A stretch of DNA of 62,886 bases, filler included, from Bonamia ostreae (Eukaryota): the NCBI GenBank assembly GCA_040357525.1. It is 52 parts of 52 records of this genome, joined end to end, with 100 filler letters (N's around TTAATTAATTAA, not from the genome) between each part and the next. Parts side by side here need not be neighbours in the genome. Positions count along the whole stretch, not along the records: positions 13,392 to 14,507 come from JBDODL010002657.1; positions 14,608 to 15,722 come from JBDODL010002658.1; positions 15,823 to 16,937 come from JBDODL010002659.1; positions 17,038 to 18,152 come from JBDODL010002660.1; positions 18,253 to 19,366 come from JBDODL010002661.1; positions 19,467 to 20,579 come from JBDODL010002662.1; positions 20,680 to 21,792 come from JBDODL010002663.1; positions 21,893 to 23,005 come from JBDODL010002664.1; 44 more parts are not named here. One strand, written 5' to 3'. The notes under the pieces are model-generated. The model made no database searches. It was given only the letters and a program-made list of their open reading frames with translations, and was not told the DNA's origin. Positions 13,753 to 25,882 of this stretch are shown here, one piece after another (positions within the stretch are counted from its first letter, which is position 1; each line of letters opens with the position of its first letter). A program made the translations under genes and the position numbers.

Positions 13753-13996
13753 CTCTTGTGCTAGATCCAAATGAATCAAACGTGGTTCCTCTATGTTCGG
13801 AGGTAAAGTGTTTTCCAAAAGGGAAGCCATAACTTCGTCTACGTTTATTTTCCTTTCATGTAATGGAATCGTTACCACTGCGGCACCTATTCTGTTGACA
13901 TTCTTGGATAATTCTTCTAATTTCTCTGATATTCTTCTTTTGTATAAGGTTTTACCAACCCCAGCTCTAAGTGATTTAACTACCCGAACAGTACAT
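13753..13996 (-). CDS. RNF213: RNF213 (mysterin)-like AAA+ exon (host)
   Basis: CTVRVVKSLRAGVGKTLYKRR...VTIPLHERKINVDEVMASLL...PRLIHLDLAQE between CAG and GTAAC splice sites resembles the RNF213 S.RAGVGK..Y / HLD segment. Confidence 0.7.
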
Positions 13997-16457
13997 CTGT
14001 AAGTATCATGGATGATAAATGGATGATAAATGCATGTGAATGTACTCTGAATCTGTAATGATTATCACATTTATAACGTAATGTAAAAGTGAGGTGAGAT
14101 AGCATACTTTATCTTAATTCATAAAAACAATTTCGTTATAAATCAAACACTCTCATTGCATTCTTAAAGCTAAATTCCATATTGAAAATGAACAGTGATG
14201 TCGAAATACTGATTTTCTGGTACAGATGCTGCTGAAAATTTTGAATATGCTTACATCAGTCTGCCTGATGATGTTTACTGATTGAATACGAGAGTTATTT
14301 TATAGTGTATTTTCTCTAACTAAAAGCAAATCTTGTATATTGCTACTTTTGCTGGTAAATCTTGTATATAATTAAATACAATACGTGTATTTAATTTATA
14401 AAATATGTTTTATATGATTATCTAAAAGATCAACTTTACCATTGCTTTACCGTGTATGTTAGTTTTGATTTATCGTGATCACAATGTCATTACATTAAAT
14501 TGTTCTANNNNNNNNNNNNNNNNNNNNNNNNNNNNNNNNNNNNNNNNNNNNTTAATTAATTAANNNNNNNNNNNNNNNNNNNNNNNNNNNNNNNNNNNNN
14601 NNNNNNNGTAAACGGAGCAATAGTACACTCTAGTGGAAGGTGTGTGTATTGTACGTGTGTCACGTATGCTTTGCATGGAGTACACAACATATGTAACGTG
14701 TACATACTTGTTTTAAAAACGTATGTTACACGCGTGTGGTGTTTTATATGGTTCATGAACATGCGAGCACGTACATGAAAGACACGTGTAATGTTGATGC
14801 TATACATACAGTGTTGTTTTGACATTGACCCTTCACAGAAAACTCTAAATATTTATTAACCTCTGCCATTTTATCAAATGCACCGGTAGCATTACTGTGT
14901 AAAATACCTTAATTCTCGACCTAGTAACGTCAGCTTTTACAATTTGTTGCAATTCTCTTGTCTGTCTGTGTTCGATTTTCACAAAAACACTGTCAACTAC
15001 ACGGTTATACTAGCTGACGCAGTGATAATAAAGAAAAGGTTAGTGATGATCACCGAGTACCTCAATGGAACACATGTGAATAATATTTGAATCAGCATTA
15101 AAGACAAAAATTCTGAAGCATGATAATTGATACGATAGATATTCTAAAATACTTCAAACTATAACTTACTTCGATTCATTCCAAACTAAAACTCTCTTCC
15201 AGCTCAATTATGCATCCTCCAATATTTTTCTCCTATGAATATAATAAACACTTGTATTATTCTATTAAGAAATCATTGTCGTTCACATTCCTGGCAAGGA
15301 AAAGTATATATTTCATACACCTGACAGCTACACACCGATTGCTTTCAAATATATGATAGTGCTACGAAATATAAGGAATTTATATATTATCCATTTGTGT
15401 GACCTCTGTAGTTTTCGTATAGGATGTAAAACAATAAGCATACGGCTACGTATTTTTTTCTGCAATGCTGGCTACTTTCATCACCCGATGAAACAATCAA
15501 ACAAGCATTCTATTGTTTGATGAAATCAATTATCCGCAGTAGTACATGTAGAAAATATCCAAAATATGTCAAGCATCATCATATTCCTGAATTCATAAAT
15601 TTCAAAATCCCTTGGACGTTTCATTTTCAGCATTATTACGCAATTACTGTAATTTGAAATGCAAAACATTACAATTAGTGAATGTTATCGCGCATTTTTG
15701 TTTTTCGGAATGAAGCATATACNNNNNNNNNNNNNNNNNNNNNNNNNNNNNNNNNNNNNNNNNNNNTTAATTAATTAANNNNNNNNNNNNNNNNNNNNNN
15801 NNNNNNNNNNNNNNNNNNNNNNTAGTTTAGAATATCTAAAATTTTAGAGGTCGATTTGATGCTTTGCTCTTGCTTTCGCTGCTGTGCTATTTATAGTAAG
15901 GCTGTCAATTTGTGTGCCTAGAGTCAGGACTTTGCTTTTAGCAAAGCTCATCTCACGCTAAAATACGAATAAGTTGATCTCATTTACTCTTACTATAATG
16001 GTTGCGTGATTGATCATTTATGAAAAATACATTTCCGTGATGGTAAAACATGCTCATTTTACAATCAAGACACATGTCAAAGTATAACATGCAGAATATA
16101 ATACAACATTTTCACAGTATGGTGTATAGTTTATGTCTCTGTGTGTCTCTCCAGCCTCGTTGAATGATGAGTTTGCTGTTCATATATTCTGTGTATGGTA
16201 CATGTATATCGGTATGCATACGGTGGGAGCTTCATGAACAAAAACGACGTCTTGTAAGCAAAATAATTGATGAAAAAATAGAGTGCAACAAAATCTAGCC
16301 GCAGATCTCGGGTGGAAATTTTGGGATGTACCAATGAGCTACTTGTATTGATCTAGAAACAGTCCTGTCTATGTAACAATTTCCCCCACAAATATATTCT
16401 ATTTTCAATTGAATCATTCCATTGATAAAAGTTGATAAAAAAATTCACGACTCTCAT

Positions 16458-16529
16458 TAGTCTGGTCTCTGCCCTCGCCGGAATGATTTTGCGTTTTGTG
16501 AACGAAGTGGCGTGCCTGGAACCAAACTA
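16458..16529. mobile_element. Small element with terminal inverted repeats (tagtctggt...accaaacta)
   Basis: Imperfect 9-bp TIR flanking ~55 nt; MITE-like. Confidence 0.35.
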
Positions 16530-18833
16530 GGTTATCACAAGATACAAGAATTATTTTTCAATGTTCCAGAGGTTATTTTACGTCTTGAGCAACTATTAAG
16601 TTTTTATGATATTTTAATCATGATTATGTGTTTATTATAACATGAAGACTGAATATGGTACATGTAGTATTAGAATTCTGGATAATCAACGAGGACAAAT
16701 TGACATGCAATCTAGAACATTGTTACATCTACAAACGAAGCATTTTTAAACTTTGATTTTTCTGTTTTCATGGGACTTTAATGAATATCTCAGGGTATGT
16801 TTGCCTACAGGTATAACTGAAATATATTTCAGCTTAAATATTAAAGATTTGAGGCGGTGAGGTGAAGAATGATAAGAGAACATCCGACCGTGCACAAACA
16901 TATTTCGCTGTAAATTGAAGGTTTTATTTTTAAGTCANNNNNNNNNNNNNNNNNNNNNNNNNNNNNNNNNNNNNNNNNNNNTTAATTAATTAANNNNNNN
17001 NNNNNNNNNNNNNNNNNNNNNNNNNNNNNNNNNNNNNAAGAAAATATGAGACAAATCCTCAAAAGAATTTTTCTACAACCCTTTCCTCACGATTCATAAA
17101 TTTGAAGATTGGGCAAAATAACAGATGTCGAGAATTTTACGCAAATCATTTTTCATTTTTTTTTTCTTCTACTGCCCTTCTCCCTTTATAAAGGATGCTA
17201 TTTTAAGGGCACTTTTAGTCTCTGAAATTTAGGTATTATGGCCAGTCACAAAATATTCATAACAACGACTTGTTGTGAAGTTTGTTTAATTCTTTGAAAT
17301 AAAATCAAAGTAAAGTTTGATATTTTGTGAAAAGGAGAACATACGCTACACACCTAGTGGATTTAATATTATAAAATGCAGTGGGAGCTTTATGTCCAGA
17401 AGCTCTTGTAATTTTTAGAAGGCATGTGTAATCTGCGCAGATACATGTACATGATCACAAAAGGAAATATTTCATAACTTGTTTGCCTGCTCTTAATTAT
17501 AAGGAGCGCTGCTTGGAATTAAATGAACATAATTAAGTGTGTAAGTATGATGTTCTTCATAGCAAAGATATCAATGAGCTTGATCGGAGTTGTCATTAAA
17601 TTTGAGACGAGAGAGAGAGAGAGGGGGGGGGGCACCCTCGCATTCCTGCAAACAGCAGTACTTTTAGCAAAATGTAGTGACGAGGCTAACGATTTTAATA
17701 TTTTTTTCACATACATTTGTATCTTTCATATTGCATATATAAAATATAAAACTACCAAAAGTGAAAAGTGCTATACCAGCAGCATTTTGTTAATGTATTG
17801 ACGTTATTAAATCAATTTTATTTCATAAATACTTCTTTTGTTATGTCTATCCGGTACATATGTATATCACCCAATACATATCACAGTTTTCGCTAGAATT
17901 CAAATAACTGCGAATGTTGATTGGCTGACTATAAATAGCTCTTTGTGCCAAAATACTCTCGGAATATGCATGAAATACACACGGTATTTTATCCAAGATA
18001 ACAATACCAAACTGCAGAATCACATTTCCTAGAAAATATTTAAAATATGTCTCAGTCCAATGCAAGTAAATGAAACTTAAATATGAAAAACACTTTTAAT
18101 TGTGTGTATTTTATCTGCTTGTATACGAATGTATAATTAATTGCTGTTATTANNNNNNNNNNNNNNNNNNNNNNNNNNNNNNNNNNNNNNNNNNNNTTAA
18201 TTAATTAANNNNNNNNNNNNNNNNNNNNNNNNNNNNNNNNNNNNNNNNNNNNAATTTTTGTAATTTTGCGATTTAAATTTTTGAAAAAAACTTAATAAAA
18301 AGTAAAATCGATTTTTCTTTTGACGATAGAAAAATTTTTCAAAAAAGTGAAAAATTTGACACTGACGAATTGGAAATGTCCAAAATCGTCTGAAAAAGAA
18401 AAATTTTCGCCAATTTTTTCTTTTTACTCCAAAAAGTTTAAAATATAAAATGACCATTAAAATCAAAAATTTTAATTTTATTCAAAATTTAAAGAATTCA
18501 AATGTCGAAAAATAAGTTTACGTTTTTGCTGGCGCGCCAATTTTATGTAATGTACGCAGCAAATAATTTTTTTCGTGGAAACAAAAAGTTTTAATTGAAA
18601 ATTTTAAAGAATCCATTTTAGAATAAAAGAAAATTTTTTGCAAAAGTATATTAATCCGTTAAAAAAATTATCGTTCTTCGACGCCATCGAAAACGATATT
18701 GTTACTAGAGAAGTTTAAGATTTGCAAAATTTCAAATTTTTATCAAATCGTAAATAATCAAAATTTGCAAAAATAATTAAATAAAAAGACATTTCGATTT
18801 TTAAGCTTTAAAAATTGGGAAAATCGAAAAATT

Positions 18834-19366
18834 TTGGAATCGTTGATCGACGTTCATTTTATACTAAAATCTTTATTGTTCGAAGGAATAATCTCTTTGC
18901 GAATTCAAGGAATGAGCATATTTTCTGAATACATTAAAATCTATCCAAAAATTTTGCAAAATGGTCAGATTTTTAGTGTTCTGCGCGAAAGATGTCGAGA
19001 TCAAGTTTTTTATAATTTTCGGCGGATTAAAAAAATTGACATTTTCAAAATTTAAAAAGTCTGCTGTTATAAGAGAAATGGCTGTTTCGATTGTTGGAAA
19101 TGTATTTTTGGATAACAACGATAGCGAATTATTGGATTTGTTGCAATCCGTTTTTAAATAAAATTTTAAAATAAAGAGAATTTTGGATTCAAGTGTTGTG
19201 GTTCGGAAAAGTGTAATTGGAACATTTATTGAATATTTGAACAAAAATGAAATTAACGATAATTTTAAAATGATATTTTGTGCACTTTTAGATCGGTTTA
19301 AGAAATTTTTAATAAGTTGTAAAAAAATAATCGAAAATAATTGCAAATCAAACTGTAAAATTAATC
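18834..19366 (+). CDS. NIPBL: Cohesin loader Scc2/NIPBL HEAT region; introns 19005-19059 and 19150-19176
   Basis: Spliced product ILKSLLFEGIISLRIQGMSIFSEY..PKILQ..RCRDQSAVIREMAVSIVG..RILDSSVVVRKSVI matches Scc2 D.S..VRE.A / R..D....VRK.VI. Confidence 0.72.
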
Positions 19367-19572
19367 NNNNNNNNNNNNNNNNNNNNNNNNNNNNNNNNNN
19401 NNNNNNNNNNTTAATTAATTAANNNNNNNNNNNNNNNNNNNNNNNNNNNNNNNNNNNNNNNNNNNNCAATTAATTAAAATCTTTTTATATTTTCTGCAAA
19501 TTGACATTTTGCAATCAAAAATTAAAAACGATATGGAAATTTAGCCATTTGAAAACAACAATTTTAAAATAG

Positions 19573-20420
19573 ACCGCCCGGCACTGGAAAAACAACGACC
19601 GCTTTAATATTGGCCAAAATTTTAAACGGCGAAAAATCAAAACATCTTTCATTGGAAGTTTGTTAAATTTCAATTCCAGCTTAACGCTTCCGACGCGAGA
19701 GGAATCGACACTGTGCGCAACGACATTAAACGATTCGCTGAAATGGGACAACTATTCTCGTTTAGAAATTTAAAACTAAAGAAACGGCACAAAATTTATC
19801 ATTTTGGACGAAGCCGACGCGATGACAAATTCTGCTCAATTCGCTTTAAGAAGAGGTTCTTTTGCGCTTTATTGACCGAAAAATCAAGTAATCGAAAAAT
19901 TTACGAAAAACGTTCGTTTTTGCTTCATTTGCAATCACATCAACAAGATAATCCCAGCCATCCAGTCCAGATGCACAAAAATGCGATTCAATCTTCTGAA
20001 CACACAATCCATTCTTAAAAGACTAAAGTTCATCGCCGAAAAGGAAAAGTTTTGAATTTTGACTAAAACAAAAAAGAATTAAAAACGACGAAGAAGGTCT
20101 GAAAACTATAATCGAACTTTCGAAGAACGATATGAGAAACTGTATAAATATTCTGCAGTGTTGTTGGTACGGCCACAACGAGATAAATGCGGAAAATGTC
20201 TATAAGAGTGCGGGGATCCCGCAGAAGAAGTCGATCGACAAGATCGTCGAATATCTTTTAAACGAGGAATTCCATTTTTGCTTTAAAGTCATTTCGAATT
20301 TTCAAGTCGAAAATGGCGTTTCTTTGGACGTGTTAGTGGCGTTAATATTTGAGAAGGTGCAAAGAATCGATTTTCCGGAGAACGTTTTGTCGTTTGTTAT
20401 AGAAAAAATGGCTCAAACTG
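19573..20420 (+). CDS. RFC5: Replication factor C small subunit (human RFC5 / yeast Rfc3 type); introns 19658-19679, 19760-19781, 19856-19888, 20049-20076
   Basis: Splicing restores PPGTGKTT, LELNASDARGIDTVR, IILDEADAMTNSAQFALRRVIEKFTKNVRF, IIPAIQSRC and DMRNCINILQ. Confidence 0.92.
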
Positions 20421-20424
20421 GTTA

Positions 20425-20579
20425 TTATTTGATCAAATTTTGATTTTTTTTGTCGTTTTACAATATTTTGATCAAATTTTGATTGTTTTTGTCGTTTTAC
20501 AATATTTTGATCAAATTTTGATTGTTTTTGTCGTTTTACAATATTTTGATCAAATTTTGATTGTTTTTGTCGTTTTACA
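20425..20579. repeat. 39-nt tandem repeat starting just inside the next RFC intron
   Basis: caatattttgatcaaattttgattgtttttgtcgtttta x~4 after the GT at 20421. Confidence 0.9.
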
Positions 20580-21369
20580 NNNNNNNNNNNNNNNNNNNNN
20601 NNNNNNNNNNNNNNNNNNNNNNNTTAATTAATTAANNNNNNNNNNNNNNNNNNNNNNNNNNNNNNNNNNNNNNNNNNNNTTTTCCATATTTCAGAAAATT
20701 AGTCTAAAATTCAATAAATGTTTTAGTTTTAAATATTTTCAATAAATGTTTTAAATTTTGGCTATTAGTTTTGGTTGCATTTTATTAGCCTTCGAAATTA
20801 TTTAATTGCATTATAAGATCCTCAGACTTTTCATTTCAAAGTGTTGTTAATGATGTTTTCAGAATTCACCATAAATGTAAATAGAAACTAATTATTATTT
20901 AATCATAACTGTTAATTTCATTAAATAGTTTTATTATTCTTTTCTATTTCTGTAGACCAGAAGTTCTTAAAGTCTATTTTCGCGTCGGTTAACATGCATG
21001 ATGAAAACAAAGATAAAGCAGATAAAAAATTTTGTGTTAAAATATAGTGTATTTAATTTAGATAAAAAAAAAGCGAAAATGGACGACAGGTATACATTGT
21101 GACACTCATTAGCAGTTTTTAATTAGCTTTTTGTAAATTGTCTATTAAAGACGATTTGAGCGTAGACCGTATAAGTTTTTAAACAAATTAATTAGAAAAA
21201 TATTTTCGTATGAAATAGAAGGGTTGGAATATTTCCACTCAATACATTATGCACATTATGATTTAAAAATAGCAATTTTCTCATCGCAAAAAAAGATGCT
21301 TTTTGTATTGATGATTTTTAATTTATTCGTAATACAGGGCCCAATATGTATTTGAATATAAATCTGCCG

Positions 21370-21792
21370 AAGCATTTGTTTGCGTATATGGATTCTGATC
21401 ATCGGTAAATTTTAGTCTAATATATTTCTGAAGGTCTTCTGGTGTTATTTCCATAGTTCGCTCTTGTTGATTATTTCCATCACTAACACCAATTTTGCCA
21501 TATTCGGAACGAAGTTCATTATCAGGTAAATCACTATCCTGACCATGTGGTATATTTTTTTGTTCTCGATGTTCTCGTGGATAAGGATGATATCTATTAT
21601 TCAAGCTTTTATGTCCCGTCTGTGCAGTTCGAGAGGATGGACTTTTTGTTTGTCCATCTTGTTTCGTTTCGAGATACTCTGCCAAAGCATTTGTTTGCGT
21701 GTATGGATTCTGATCATCGGGAAATTTTAGTCTAAGGTCTTGTCGTGTTATTTCAATAGTTCGCTCTTGTTGATTATTTCCAACACTAACAC
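21370..21792. repeat. ~316-nt direct duplication overlapping a 120-aa minus-strand ORF (21323-21685)
   Basis: aagcatttgtttgcgt.tatggattctgatcatcgg and the following ~100 nt recur at ~21370 and ~21686. Confidence 0.7.
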
Positions 21793-23105
21793 NNNNNNNN
21801 NNNNNNNNNNNNNNNNNNNNNNNNNNNNNNNNNNNNTTAATTAATTAANNNNNNNNNNNNNNNNNNNNNNNNNNNNNNNNNNNNNNNNNNNNGTGAATAA
21901 ATAGAATTCCAGTGATTCCATTATTTTCGAAACTATTTTTTAAATTTCTTAATTATTTAAAATGCATATTGATTTTTCTTGTTTTAAAAAGAATTTTTTT
22001 ATTTTTTCTATACCAGGGAGAATCGATCCTAATATTAATTTGCATTTTTAATTTTGTATTATTGTTGCCAATACTATTTTTTTATTAAATTAAATTTTTT
22101 ACACTCAAAAATATCAATTGTTTCTTACTTTTTACCAAAGATATTTTCCACTTTTTACTACTCATTTTAAAAATAAAAATTTGTTAAATTTATATTTTTG
22201 TCAAATCTGATCATACATAAATAAACTGCCGCTTATGTGGCTGCTAATTTTTTTATCTCTAACATTAATTATATCGTTTTAATATTTTTATGCGTTAAAT
22301 TAATTTTATCTTTTCCAAGTTCTGTTTTTCTTTTAATTTTTACAATTTTCTTAAGTTGTGGATTATCTGAATCAAAAAAAGAATCGAAACGATATTTTGC
22401 AATCTCAAAAATGTTTTATTACAAGAATATATTTTTAACCTTTTTATCCAAATTTACTTTGTTACATAATATCCATTTATCTGTCTTAAATAAAAATTCG
22501 TTCGTAGGCAATATGTTTAACCTCTTTGATGCCAAATAGAGTTAAATTTTCTTTTTCCGAATACTGAATTTTATTTAAGACCGTCCATTAAGACATTCAA
22601 GAGCGGAAGTAAATTAGGAGGCTCAGATTAACCTAAATTTCCAATTTTGGTGTCAACTTGGAAACGATAGCACCAAGTTGAAATAATCTATGTACATCTT
22701 TGGAACATTTTTTGTATGTGACAGGTCCCAATATTTTCTTTAGGATTCCTTTACATCTTTCTTGATACTCTGATTTATTTTACATTAAATATTCTTTGGC
22801 TCCTGGAAACTATATTTCCTAAGAGTTTTTATATTTGCTTCGAGGTGGATGCCAGTTGGCGAAGAGCTGACTGTAACCAACAGTGCGAGACCTTACGAAT
22901 AAAATTAGAAATAAAATTTAAATAATTCCGCTTATAGAAAAATAAAAGATGAAACTTCGCCTGTAAAGGAAGTGAAGAGAGATATTTGAGTAAATCAATT
23001 TACTGNNNNNNNNNNNNNNNNNNNNNNNNNNNNNNNNNNNNNNNNNNNNTTAATTAATTAANNNNNNNNNNNNNNNNNNNNNNNNNNNNNNNNNNNNNNN
23101 NNNNN

Positions 23106-24056
23106 TGGCGAGATGTTCGATGCTTCCCGATTCGCCTATATTTACAAAAATCACAAAGTAATTAAATGTTTATGCTCGAAATTCGTCGATAGACGACATG
23201 AGATTTATACAAAACACGAGGTTACTTGCGAATTCGCAGCAAAAGCAATATATAATTTTGCAAAAAGCTAAAAACCCGAAAACGTCTTAAAGATGGTTAA
23301 TTAAAAAAGTTGATACATAATTACATTAGATAAAACCGGAGTGTGGCCTGAAAGAAAAGGTGTTGAGCCCTCTGGATTTCCTCAATCTGTTGAGAGAGGA
23401 GACGTTGGCGTAAATGTAATATGCGTAGACTGCATACGAAGGATTTTCGCTATGGTCCCAATCTTGCGGTTTGGTTTTATAGTCGATTATCTGTTCCGTA
23501 AAATTTTAAAACTTCCAATACACTTTCGTCGTCTACTGTATCGAACCCGCCAACTAAATTTTTTTTAAAAACTCAATTGCAAAAATTTGAATATCTTTGG
23601 GTGGGACTGCGGGTCTAGCGTCGCTTCAAAAATGGGCTGGAAAATGTTAGATAACATGTCTTGAAAAGAGTTTAGCAATCTAAAATTTTTTAGGTAAACT
23701 TGTTTGCTTTATAAATCTCGAAGAGACGCGGAATCTGGATCATCCAGACGTTTTTGCTGGAGACCAGATCGTTGTCTACAATCCATTCCGACAGTTTTCT
23801 CCACTCGTCTCTTTTCCTAAAATCACTTTAAAACTTGCCGTAGATCGATAGGCGGTATTCGTTGAATTGGTATTTCTAAACTTTTAATTTAAACCTGTTC
23901 TTCCAAATATTCGAAGACTTCCTTCGTTAGTTCGGAGAGGTATCTTCCGTTGATGTAATTGGAAGTTTTCAGAAATATCGAACGCAGCAAACTCGATCCG
24001 ACTGGATTGTATTTTTGGTTGAACTTGTCGAATCTGTGGAATGTTTGTTTGTGCGC
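23106..24056 (-). CDS. AMPD: AMP deaminase, internal part; introns 23876-23894, 23817-23834, 23680-23699, 23554-23572, 23491-23512, 23136-23336
   Basis: Spliced product [110 protein letters not shown]. Confidence 0.95.
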
Positions 24057-24318
24057 CTTTAAAAGGGGTCAAATGGATATCGAAAGCTCATGGCAACGAC
24101 TGCCTAAACAAATTTGCTTTCCGGCAAAAATTTAATGGCCAAAATTTGCCTAAGCTCAGGTCGCGCAAAAAATGTTTTCCAACTAAATTTAATCAAAAGA
24201 GGATGGATTCTCCCTGGTNNNNNNNNNNNNNNNNNNNNNNNNNNNNNNNNNNNNNNNNNNNNTTAATTAATTAANNNNNNNNNNNNNNNNNNNNNNNNNN
24301 NNNNNNNNNNNNNNNNNN

Positions 24319-25431
24319 GAATAAACATCGGGCTCGAAACATTGGATACACCTCTCCCGGGGACTAAAATTTGGAGGTGGGATTCTAGTGGTAAACAATC
24401 AGCACTTTGAAAAAATAATGTTGGTAACATCTTTAGATTTGGATATCCATCCCTTTAATTTTCATCCGTAATAAATCACTCTTTGTGAAAAAAAAAAATT
24501 GTTTGGGAAACATTGAAGACCCCTATCCAAAAGCTGATATTTTGAGGATGGGGTTCTAGTGGTCAACTACCACCACTGTAAATAAATGGTGATAGTACCA
24601 TCTCTTGTTTGGGAAATTTGTTCGCACAATTTTATTTATAATGTATCACATGTACCGTAGTGAATAAACGTATGATTTAAAGCATCAACGAACCTCTACA
24701 CCGGGGAGTTATTTTAGGTGATGTATTGTTTATCTACCATGGCTACGATAAAATAGTAATGTTGCCATCTCTTGTATAGAAGAACCAGTTCCTTCAATTT
24801 TTACTCAATTGGTATCTACCTGTGGACTGGAATTCGTAGAGTGGATTTAATTGTCAACTACATGTACCACTGTAAAAATGGTGATGGTGCAATCTCTTGT
24901 TTTGTAGATCCACCCCTTCAATTGTCGTTCATAATGTACATGTATTACACGTAGTGAATAACAATCTGGTTTAAAAAGATCGAAGAACTATGCCCCGGGA
25001 CTATGATTTAGAAGATTAGTTCTCATGGTTAACTGTGAAAAAATAATGATGATACCATCTTTTGTTTTGGAGATCCACCTCTCCAAGTTTTTTTTAATAA
25101 AACATTACACTTATTGTATAAATATCTGATAAGGAAACATCAAGGACCCCTGATCAAGACACTCAAATTTCGAGGGTGGAGTTTCCAGTGCTCAACTATT
25201 ATCACTGTGAAAAATAAGCAATGGTACAATCTTATATTTTGTATATTTGCTCCTTCACTTTTTATTCACCATGTATTTAACTTCGTGAATAAACATCAGC
25301 TTGGGAAACATCGTAGATTCCTACCCCAGTGACTGAATATGGATGATGGATTTGTAGTCAACTACCACCATTTTGAAGAAATAGTGATCGTGTCATCTCA
25401 TGTTTTAAAGATCCACCCCTCCAATTTACAT
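24319..25431 (+). repeat. Degenerate ~165-bp tandem satellite (host)
   Basis: gtgaataaacatc and ccatctcttgtttt..agatccaccc motifs recur every ~150-170 nt. Confidence 0.8.
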
Positions 25432-25654
25432 NNNNNNNNNNNNNNNNNNNNNNNNNNNNNNNNNNNNNNNNNNNNTTAATTAATTAANNNNNNNNNNNNN
25501 NNNNNNNNNNNNNNNNNNNNNNNNNNNNNNNATAATAGAAGAGTAGTTTCTATATGCTGTATAGATTAAACGACATTTTAACTGATTTAACAGAAATATA
25601 ACCGAACATGAGAGTTTAGTGTATTTCCATGGGGATCTGGAATAGCATAGGTTC

Positions 25655-25882
25655 TCAGCACTCCTTGTTTGTCATAGGAAGCAACTAAATTGTAGGGTTC
25701 TTCGGATGATACCGTGAAAACCGAGATCCCGTGTCACGATAAAGACCCCTCTCTGCTTAAAAGCCGCAATCACCAAGAATAGACGTAAATTTTCAACCCT
25801 ACACCGACAATGATGACGTATCCATATTAGTGAACGATTCACGAAAGTGACGTTTTACAATATTCAATCAAACAATCAATCA
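25655..25882 (+). mobile_element. Mollusc-type SINE remnant with (caat)n tail
   Basis: aaaccgag.tcccgtgtcacgataaagacccctc.ctgct.aaa core, then gacgttttacaatattcaatcaaacaatcaatc tail. Confidence 0.55.
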
